Part shown: positions 57,086 through 64,000 of the stretch, one piece after another
Layout of the letters: the number at the start of each line of letters is the position of its first letter
How positions within the stretch are numbered: position 1 is the first letter of the stretch
From: Minisyncoccota bacterium
GTDB taxonomy: Bacteria > Patescibacteriota > Minisyncoccia > UBA6257 > 1-14-0-10-44-23
NCBI GenBank assembly: GCA_041389085.1
Contig: JAWKSL010000001.1
Span: 102,765 to 166,764 of the forward strand
Length of the DNA: 64,000 nucleotides
Direction of reading: 5' to 3'
The notes under the pieces: generated by a model
Database searches by the model: none
What the model was told of the DNA's origin: nothing
The model's input: only the letters and a program-made list of their open reading frames with translations
Position numbers and translations under genes: made by a program

Positions 57086-57186
57086 GATTCACCTCCTCTA
57101 CCAGCCTAAACTTAGGAGGCGGGTATGTCAAAAATGTTTACGCCCCCGAGTCCTTGCGGAATCGGGGGCGCGTATTGCGTTGAGCG

Positions 57187-57732
57187 CTAGCTCGGGATCG
57201 GATCGGGATAGGCCTGCGGTTCTTCGAACCCGCAAACCGGACAATCCCTCTTGCCGCACCTGCAGCTGGGCCCTCCCACCTTGATGGTAGGGTAGCAGTC
57301 TTCGACAAGGTCGGTGGGCCTACTCCTGACGTCGATCATTTGCATGCGTGCTTCCATGAGCTCGCCAGCCGAAAGATCGACCTCTCCGATATGTATGCCC
57401 AGCTCCTCGCTGCAGCCCTTGGGGGCGAACTCCTTGAGCACCTTGCCGGCAAGCACACTAGCGCTTCGCGGGAAGAGCAAGATCTTCCCCTCCATCGTGA
57501 CTAGCACGATGACGTATCGACCCTTCTCTAGAAAGTCCTTCCCCCGCGATACGTCTGCGCCTCGAAGAGTTGAAGGCGCATGCCCCCTCTCTCCAGGCAC
57601 TAGGCACCAAGCGCCTACGTACCTTGCAGGAATCTTGTCGGCAAAGGTGCTGCTACCGCGAGATGAATGGGTGATGTCGATTGCACCTGCGGGGATGAGC
57701 TTCCGAAGCCACTGACGCTTTGAAATGGGCAT
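57187..57732 (-). CDS. GC-rich orphan with C-terminal Cys cluster
   Basis: SD CAGGAGG; CRCGKRDCPVCG; mismatch hairpin at about 57141-57171. Confidence 0.7.
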   Translation of the reverse strand: MPISKRQWLRKLIPAGAIDITHSSRGSSTFADKIPARYVGAWCLVPGERGHAPSTLRGADVSRGKDFLEKGRYVIVLVTMEGKILLFPRSASVLAGKVLKEFAPKGCSEELGIHIGEVDLSAGELMEARMQMIDVRSRPTDLVEDCYPTIKVGGPSCRCGKRDCPVCGFEEPQAYPDPIPS

Positions 57733-57739
57733 GTGCCCT

Positions 57740-57865
57740 CCTGGTCTGGAACGCGGGGTTTTAGCCCGCTTAGCAGATTTTTAAGCTGGAACGCAGAGGC
57801 ACACGCCATCTGCTTAGCAGCTCAGGTTCTAATATAATTATCGCATATTTTACCTATTTTGTCAA
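57740..57865 (-). promoter_or_regulatory. Promoter plus structured 5' leader with a tandem internal-loop motif
   Basis: TTGACA-N17-GATAAT; two hairpins CTG-CTAA-GC...GC-GTTC-CAG. Confidence 0.65.
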
Positions 57866-57898
57866 TATCTCCTTTTTTGACTGCTTTTGCGGCGTACA

Positions 57899-57924
57899 AA
57901 AAAGAGCCCTTTTGGGCTCTCTTT
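57899..57924 (-). terminator. Terminator directly after rplK
   Basis: AGAGCCC-N4-GGGCTCT with T-tract on the minus strand. Confidence 0.8.
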
Positions 57925-57929
57925 AATAT

Positions 57930-58355
57930 TTAGTCTTTTACTTCTATACCCATGTTCTTTGCGGTACCTTCGATGATTTTTGCTGCTTGGTCTACGTCGT
58001 AAGCATTTAGGTCGTTTAACTTCTTTTCTGCTATTTCGCGAACCTGAGCTTTTGTTACCTTTCCTACTTTCTGAGTAAGTGGATTTCCTGCTCCCTTCTC
58101 TACTCCGGCCGCTTTCTTAAGCATGTCTGAAGCTGGAGGAGTTTTAAGGATAAAGGTGAAGCTTCGGTCTTCGAAGATAGTGAGAACTGCTGGGATAACC
58201 TGGCCCATCATTTCTTTTGTAGCGTCGTTAAACTGCTTGCAGAAGTCTGCAATGTTTATACCGTGTGGCCCAAGCGCCGTTCCTACTGGAGGAGCTGGAT
58301 TTGCTTGTCCTGCTGGGATTTGAATTTTTACTGTTGCTTTTATTGGCTTTGCCAT
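57930..58355 (-). CDS. rplK: 50S ribosomal protein L11
   Basis: [36 protein letters not shown]. Confidence 0.98.
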   Translation of the reverse strand: MAKPIKATVKIQIPAGQANPAPPVGTALGPHGINIADFCKQFNDATKEMMGQVIPAVLTIFEDRSFTFILKTPPASDMLKKAAGVEKGAGNPLTQKVGKVTKAQVREIAEKKLNDLNAYDVDQAAKIIEGTAKNMGIEVKD

Positions 58356-58360
58356 ATGTT

Positions 58361-58924
58361 TTAAATCTTTTGAACTTGTAGACTGTCTATCTCTACTGTG
58401 GTGTCGCGACCGAAGATAGCTATTGCTACCTTTATTACTCCGCTCTTCTCATCTACCTGAGTTACTTTCGCTTCGTAATCCTTAAATGGTCCGTCGGTAA
58501 TTTTTACCATTTCTCCTACTGAAAGGTCAACAGTGTACTGTTTGTCTTTGTTCATCTTGCCCATGAGCTCGTCTACTTCGCGCTGTGAAAGCGGTGATGG
58601 CGTAGTAGTATCTGAGCCTACGAAACCGGTAACGCGCGGGGTGTTTCGCACTACATACCAAGTGTCGTCGGTAAGAATCATGTCGATAAGTACGTATCCT
58701 GGGTAGATTTTCTCCTCTACTTCGGTGCGGCGTCCGTTTTTGATCTTGATCTTGGTTTCCTTTGGAACGATGATTTTGAAAATCTTGTCGTGGAGGTCGA
58801 GACTTTCAACGCGCTGCTTTAAATAACGCTCTACGGCGTCTTCGTACCCTGAGTAGGTGTGCACTGCGTACCAGTGGCGCTCACCTGACTGCTGTTTGCT
58901 GTTTTGTGACTTTGCTGCCTCCAT
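58361..58924 (-). CDS. nusG: Transcription factor NusG
   Basis: [41 protein letters not shown]. Confidence 0.97.
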   Translation of the reverse strand: MEAAKSQNSKQQSGERHWYAVHTYSGYEDAVERYLKQRVESLDLHDKIFKIIVPKETKIKIKNGRRTEVEEKIYPGYVLIDMILTDDTWYVVRNTPRVTGFVGSDTTTPSPLSQREVDELMGKMNKDKQYTVDLSVGEMVKITDGPFKDYEAKVTQVDEKSGVIKVAIAIFGRDTTVEIDSLQVQKI

Positions 58925-58933
58925 TTATTTATT

Positions 58934-59122
58934 TTACAGGTTTATAACTGTTTGGAGTATGTACTGGTAGAGGTAGTCGAATGCACCAAGGTATATAGCG
59001 GCCATCAAAGAAAACCCGATAACGATTAGGGTTAGACTGCGTGTTACTTGGGCTGTTGGCCACTGCACGTGTTTGAGCTCTTGCTGAGCTCCTTTTAGGT
59101 ATGCTCCTATCTTTGAAAACAT
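58934..59122 (-). CDS. secE: Preprotein translocase SecE
   Basis: ELKHVQWPT, single TM, upstream of nusG. Confidence 0.92.
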   Translation of the reverse strand: MFSKIGAYLKGAQQELKHVQWPTAQVTRSLTLIVIGFSLMAAIYLGAFDYLYQYILQTVINL

Positions 59123-59167
59123 GTTTGACGATTTTACTAATTTTGTCTGTATTGGTCAAGCTCCTCT

Positions 59168-61144
59168 TTAGATATCGAGGTTCTTTACGTTGAGCGCGTG
59201 GCTCTGGATGAATTTTGAGCGTGGGGCTACGTTTTCTCCCATCAGGATGTCGAAGAGCTTATCTGCCTCCTTAGCGTCGGCAACAGTGATCTGCTTGAGC
59301 ACTCTATTTTCCTTATTCATAGTAGTGTCGGCAAGCTGGTCGGCGTTCATCTCTCCAAGTCCCTTGTAGCGCTGGATTGAAACTCCTTTTACTCCCTTGA
59401 GGGCGTCGTCCCCTTCTGACTCGTCTATCTGCACACCCTTAGACTTAGCGATTTTCTTAAGAAGCGCGTCTTTTTCGTCGTCTTTATATACGTAGGTCTT
59501 CTCTTTTCCGTTTTGAATAAGGTAGAGCGGTGGCTGCGCTACATACACGTGTCCACTCTTAATAAGCTCTGGGAAGTAGCGGTAGAAAAGAGTAAGCAGC
59601 AAGGTGGTAATGTGGCGGCCGTCGACATCAGCGTCGGAGAGGATGATTATCTTGTGGTAGCGAAGTTTGTTTATGTCGAAGTTTTCTGCGATCGCGGTAC
59701 CAAAAGCGATAACGAGAGATTTGATTTCTTTGTTGGCGAGCATCTTGTCGATACGAGCTTTCTCAACGTTGAGCGGCTTTCCTCGAAGTGGAAGTACTGC
59801 CTGAGTCTTCTTGTCGCGACCCATACGTGCGCTACCACCTGCGCTGTCTCCCTCTACGATGAAGAGCTCACTTTCTTCTGGGTGTTTTGAAATACAGTCG
59901 GTAAGTTTTCCTGGAAGCTGAAGCCCTTCAAGCGCACCCTTTCGAATAACGGTGTCTCGAGCAGCCTTTGCAGCTTTGCGCGCCTTTGCAGCAAGAATAC
60001 ACTTTTCTACAATCTTCCCTGCGTCTTTACTGTTTCTCTCAAAGAAGTTTTTCAGCGCTTCTCCTACTGCGCTTTCAACTGCGGTACGAGCTTCTGGGCT
60101 ACCGAGCCTACTCTTTGTTTGCCCTTCAAACTGTGGTTCGCGAAGCTTTACTGAAACAATAGCGGTAAGTCCTTCGCGCGCATCCTCTCCGGTGAAATTG
60201 TTTTCTTTTGCTTTTAGATAGTTGTTTGCCACTGCCCAGCTGTTGAGCGTACGGGTTAGGGCTGTTCTAAAACCGGTAAGGTGCATTCCTCCGTCTGGAG
60301 TATAAATGTTGTTGGCGAAGCTGAGCTCCTGAGTTTCTATTTCGTCTGTGTAGGTGAAGGTAACTTCTACTTGAATGTCGTCTACTGTTTTTTCTACGTA
60401 GAAAATTTCGTTCTGCACTACGGTGCGGTCTTCGGTGAGGTGGCGGATAAATGAAAGAAGTCCTCCGTCGAAATAAAATCCGTGGAAGGCCGCTGGTGCT
60501 TGGCGGTGATCAATAAACTCAATGTTTATTCCTTTCGTAAGGAAGGCTTGGCGGCGAAGACGCTCAAGAATAGTTTTTGTACTAAACTCGGTTGTTTCAA
60601 AAATTGAAGCGTCTGGTTTAAAGATTATCTTAGTTCCGGTACCTTTTGCGGTGCCAGCTTTCTTTACCGCTCCCTGCGGTTTTCCAATTTTGTACTCTTG
60701 TACATAAAGCGCGCCGTCTCTCTTTACCTCTGCGCGAAGATATTCTGAAAGAGCGTTTACAACTGAAACTCCTACTCCGTGCAAACCTCCTGAAACTTTA
60801 TACCCTTCTCCTCCAAACTTTCCTCCTGCGTGTAGCACTGTAAGAACTGTCTCAAGTGTAGACTTTTTTGTTTGTGCGTGCTTTTCAACTGGAATTCCTC
60901 GTCCGTCGTCTGATACTGCAACGTGCCCGTCTGCCAAAAGCTCAACGAGAACGTTTTTCGCGTGGCCAGCCATGGCCTCGTCGATAGAGTTGTCTACAAC
61001 CTCCCAAATAAGGTGGTGCAACCCAGCTACATCGGTGGTACCGATGTACATACCTGGTCGCTTTCGTACTGGATCGAGCCCTTCGAGGACGGTAATGTCT
61101 TTCGCGCTATATCCGCTTTTCTTCGCTTTTGCTTCTTTCGGCAT
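59168..61144 (-). CDS. gyrB: DNA gyrase subunit B
   Basis: LEGLDPVRKRPGMYIG, EVVDNSIDE, SGGLHGVG, VEGDSAGG, DADVDG, QRYKGLGEMN; start at ATG 61144. Confidence 0.93.
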   Translation of the reverse strand: MPKEAKAKKSGYSAKDITVLEGLDPVRKRPGMYIGTTDVAGLHHLIWEVVDNSIDEAMAGHAKNVLVELLADGHVAVSDDGRGIPVEKHAQTKKSTLETVLTVLHAGGKFGGEGYKVSGGLHGVGVSVVNALSEYLRAEVKRDGALYVQEYKIGKPQGAVKKAGTAKGTGTKIIFKPDASIFETTEFSTKTILERLRRQAFLTKGINIEFIDHRQAPAAFHGFYFDGGLLSFIRHLTEDRTVVQNEIFYVEKTVDDIQVEVTFTYTDEIETQELSFANNIYTPDGGMHLTGFRTALTRTLNSWAVANNYLKAKENNFTGEDAREGLTAIVSVKLREPQFEGQTKSRLGSPEARTAVESAVGEALKNFFERNSKDAGKIVEKCILAAKARKAAKAARDTVIRKGALEGLQLPGKLTDCISKHPEESELFIVEGDSAGGSARMGRDKKTQAVLPLRGKPLNVEKARIDKMLANKEIKSLVIAFGTAIAENFDINKLRYHKIIILSDADVDGRHITTLLLTLFYRYFPELIKSGHVYVAQPPLYLIQNGKEKTYVYKDDEKDALLKKIAKSKGVQIDESEGDDALKGVKGVSIQRYKGLGEMNADQLADTTMNKENRVLKQITVADAKEADKLFDILMGENVAPRSKFIQSHALNVKNLDI

Positions 61145-61287
61145 AATGTAAAAAAGGCACAAATCGCCTTTGTTTAAAGCTATTTTAGCCCAAATTGCCC
61201 TATAAATCAATTGCCATACCAAGCTCAAAATGCCATACTTTTTTAGCGTTCCTGCATAGTGTGGGAGGCATGGGCTAAGGAGGTCTC

Positions 61288-61680
61288 TTGAACACCATCG
61301 GCAATTTCTGCATTAGGGCGAGCATCTTGATGCGGGTCGTCACCGAAGGCAGGACCTATTCGCTCAGGGCAGCGTTCCCCGAGAAGGGTTACAGCAGGGG
61401 TGAGAAGAGGATGGCAATTGGCTTCCTCAAGCGCTTGCGCTCCATGCAGAGAGCTCGCGATCTGCACGGCACGTACAGCGGAGCTGGTGCTGCCATTCCC
61501 TGCCAAGTACTTCGCCACTCTGGTGAGCGTCTACGCGGCACGCTCTGCTGGACCAAGCAGGTGGTTGGGAGTGCTCGACTCGCCCTGCGTCTTGACCCCA
61601 ACCCTCTCTACGCCAATGATTTCTTCTCCCCCGCTGTTTTTAACCATGGGAAAGAAGATGCACTTCTGGTCTTGGTCTAG
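61288..61680 (+). CDS. GC-rich orphan (cassette-type)
   Basis: SD TAAGGAGGT before TTG; hairpin at about 61702-61731. Confidence 0.6.
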   Translation: MNTIGNFCIRASILMRVVTEGRTYSLRAAFPEKGYSRGEKRMAIGFLKRLRSMQRARDLHGTYSGAGAAIPCQVLRHSGERLRGTLCWTKQVVGSARLALRLDPNPLYANDFFSPAVFNHGKEDALLVLV

Positions 61681-61732
61681 CCTCAGGGTCGGAAGACGAA
61701 TTCGCCGCTTTCTCTTCGGAGGGGGCGGCGAT

Positions 61733-63178
61733 TTACTTTATAGAAAAGTCGTTGGCGTTGTTGTCTGTGTCTTGTAGGCGCTCAAGTCTTTTGTTTGCTC
61801 CTGGGTTTTCTGGATATGGCGCCGTTTCTGCAAAAATATTTTCTGCGCTTCCCCACGCGACTGAGTCGGTTATCTGGCCCGTATCTTGATCGCCAAAGCG
61901 AATCGCTACTCCGTTGTCATTTGAAATCGATGCTGAAGTGCGCGTGTCTGCTTGTACGTCAGTGTAGTTTGAGTTCGCCCACATGTACGTCTCCCCCGGC
62001 TGTAAAAATACATCTTCAGTGAACGATTTAATCGAGCTGTCGGTAGAGCCTGTCTTTGTTCGCTTTACGAGCCGGTAGCCATTTAGGTTCACTTCTTCAT
62101 CGGAGTCGTTTTTAATAACAATGAGGTCGTTTGTTGTGAGCCCTTGGCCGCCAGTTATTTGCACTGATTGGATAATGAGCCTTTTTGCCTCTTGCTGCAT
62201 CTCGGGCTTTTCTTCTGGCTCTTCTGTTTCTATAACGACCGCTTCTTCGTCTTCAAAGATTCCTAATTTTGCGTCTTCCTCGCTTTGCTCTGCTTGTTGA
62301 TTTTCTTTATCTTGGGAATTGTTTGTTTTCTTAACTACTATCTCTATTGGGTTATTTTTTGCTGGGCTTCCTCCTGTCTGATGACTACTGTACCAACTTA
62401 AGTCTGGCGCTCTTTGAGCTGTAAGCCTTTTCGCTGAATTTCCTGCTGGCCAATTTGGCGCCGCTAAAACTTCGTCTTGTAAGCGGCAGCTTTCATCAAA
62501 GAGCCTTAGCCCCTCATCTGTATTTGCTAAGGCGCCTGTATACAGCGGAGCTTCTATTTTGGTTAATACGCGCTCCCCTCTCTTTACTAAATAAAGTGCT
62601 GCCTCTGGCAAAAGCACTCCGTCGGTAATGGTTATTTTTATCTGCTCGGCTTTATCGATGATTGCCCAGCCGGAAATATCTTTTTCTTTATCGGAAATGT
62701 TTTTGAGCTCTATCCATTCGTTGTTCGAACTATCTTTATCGCCAGCCCAATTTACTTCGTTAAAAATAACCGTTGATTGGTCGGGTAGAAAGTCGGTAGT
62801 AAATTCGCACTCGGTGTCTTCACTCTTTACCCTTTTTGTAGACTTACTCTCTGCAAGAATTTCTTTTCTTACTTTTGGTTGCGAGCTGTCTACAAAAACT
62901 CCCGGTACCTCCTCTTTGCTTTTCGTGGCTACTCCTTGGTAAGCGACAGGAGAAGAAACACCGAGGACTTTTTCTTCTGGCAAAACTGCTACCGGTAAAA
63001 CTTCTTGCTGTGTATACGCCTCTCTTGTAGTGGCTAGGAGCTCAAACTGTTCCTCTTTTTGAAACGCCCCAGCAACTTTTGAAAACGCAGCATCTACAAC
63101 CGTGGAGAGGCTCGAGCCCACAAAAGCTCCGAGTGCGATAAGTAAAAATGCCTGCTTGTTTTCTTTTAAAAAGGTCAA
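61733..63178 (-). CDS. Exported protein with two lamin-tail domains
   Basis: VIFNEVNWAG..NEWIELKN, L.NTDE.LRL.D; second domain ..DLIVIKN..VNLNGY.L, DSVAWG, DTDNNANDF. Confidence 0.85.
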   Translation of the reverse strand: MTFLKENKQAFLLIALGAFVGSSLSTVVDAAFSKVAGAFQKEEQFELLATTREAYTQQEVLPVAVLPEEKVLGVSSPVAYQGVATKSKEEVPGVFVDSSQPKVRKEILAESKSTKRVKSEDTECEFTTDFLPDQSTVIFNEVNWAGDKDSSNNEWIELKNISDKEKDISGWAIIDKAEQIKITITDGVLLPEAALYLVKRGERVLTKIEAPLYTGALANTDEGLRLFDESCRLQDEVLAAPNWPAGNSAKRLTAQRAPDLSWYSSHQTGGSPAKNNPIEIVVKKTNNSQDKENQQAEQSEEDAKLGIFEDEEAVVIETEEPEEKPEMQQEAKRLIIQSVQITGGQGLTTNDLIVIKNDSDEEVNLNGYRLVKRTKTGSTDSSIKSFTEDVFLQPGETYMWANSNYTDVQADTRTSASISNDNGVAIRFGDQDTGQITDSVAWGSAENIFAETAPYPENPGANKRLERLQDTDNNANDFSIK

Positions 63179-63333
63179 AGGCCTGTTGCTTCGTCTATAT
63201 GTTGCTCAATAATTATTGGCGCTACCTCTGTTTCCTTCGCACTAAGGTAGCCGAGTGCGAATGAAAGTGTTGTGACTATAAAGAGAAGAATGAAGAGAAC
63301 TACGTCTTTTTTATTTTTTTGGAAAAAATTCAT
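63175..63333 (-). CDS. 52-aa single-TM protein (missed by ORF track)
   Basis: MNFFQKNKKDVVLFILLFIVTTLSFALGYLSAKETEVAPIIIEQ..., overlaps both neighbours. Confidence 0.75.
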   Translation of the reverse strand: MNFFQKNKKDVVLFILLFIVTTLSFALGYLSAKETEVAPIIIEQHIDEATGL

Positions 63334-64000
63334 TAGAAGCGCAGAAATTTATCCCACTTATCATAGAGAGCTTGAGTAGCGAAAAGATCGTCTGCATTGT
63401 AGCGAGCTATATCTAGATACCTTCCTTCTTTGAAAAGCGCAGTTACATCTTCCCCCTTTACCCCATTGTCTTTTGGGCTCTTTAGATTGAAGGCGCGCAT
63501 ATACATGTGCATAGCCCCGCTCCTGCGCAGCGCCCCATAGTAGTTGAGCTGGTCGAAGAGGTCGATATGAATAGCGTCGGGTGTTTGCTGGTAAAGATAT
63601 CTGCCGCGCATAAGATCTTTGGTTGGGCGTATGCCGTTTATGGCACTTCTCATGTTTATAAAGGGAATATCAAAGCCCCTTCCATTGAAGGTTATGAAAT
63701 GCTGGTAGCTTTGCGCACCCTCCCAAAAAGCCTGGAGCATATCTTTTTCGCTCATTGGCTTATAGGTTATATCGCCCTCCACGCTTTCCTTTTCTTTTCC
63801 TTTTGTCTGGTAGTAAACGACTCCCTTACTCTGATGGTGGTCGAGCACTCCTATTGCTACAATCTGGGCGGTAAGCGGTGAAAATACGAGATTGTTTTTC
63901 ACCTCCGCTATTCCTTCTTCAAGCTCCTTATCTGACTTTGCGGTGTTCCTTATATACGTAGTTAGTACGTCTTTGGTGGTTTTGTCGTATGTATCAAAAT
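63333..64000 (-). CDS. DEDD 3'-5' exonuclease (RNase H-like), 5' part outside the window
   Basis: FSPLT, ITFNGRGFDIPF, HIDL, IARYNADD; frame open to the window end. Confidence 0.85.
   Translation of the reverse strand, partial: FDTYDKTTKDVLTTYIRNTAKSDKELEEGIAEVKNNLVFSPLTAQIVAIGVLDHHQSKGVVYYQTKGKEKESVEGDITYKPMSEKDMLQAFWEGAQSYQHFITFNGRGFDIPFINMRSAINGIRPTKDLMRGRYLYQQTPDAIHIDLFDQLNYYGALRRSGAMHMYMRAFNLKSPKDNGVKGEDVTALFKEGRYLDIARYNADDLFATQALYDKWDKFLRF

Noticed and set aside
1-64000. Alternative genetic code (TGA read as Gly/Trp)
   Set aside because: Conserved genes are full length under code 11, and the observed breaks are frameshifts rather than in-frame TGA.

Overview
A chromosomal segment that looks like a Patescibacteria/CPR (Parcubacteria-like) genome, using genetic code 11. 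The assignment is inferred from gene content and style: rplK without rplA, a DUF5667 protein next to an ECF sigma factor, a Gmad2 protein, and many leaderless genes. The AT-richer backbone runs mostly on the minus strand. It carries FKBP, obgE, VKOR, a FAD oxidoreductase, dinB, two CPA2 antiporters, a UvrD-nuclease, dus, uvrB/uvrA/uvrC, uppS, uppP, mscL, trmH, ndh, ABC-F, tRNA-Asn, gatB, rplK-nusG-secE and gyrB. About 25-30 visibly GC-richer orphan mini-genes are scattered through it. Most form a self-contained unit: a sigma70-type promoter, a strong Shine-Dalgarno site and a long GC hairpin that often has a central mismatch. At three places the hairpins recur almost identically between neighbouring genes, giving small cassette-like arrays with no integrase in the window. 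Other highlights: a tRNA-Asn(GTT) with a group I intron and an odd 22-nt exon duplication, two stand-alone structured ncRNA candidates, a 5' leader with a twice-repeated internal-loop motif, in-frame palindromic insertions in uvrC/uvrA/dus, a leftover duplicate uvrB N-terminus, and several small ORFs missed by the ORF track. Several frameshifts fall in homopolymers and are probably sequencing-consensus errors. All calls come from reading motifs by eye; no searches were run.
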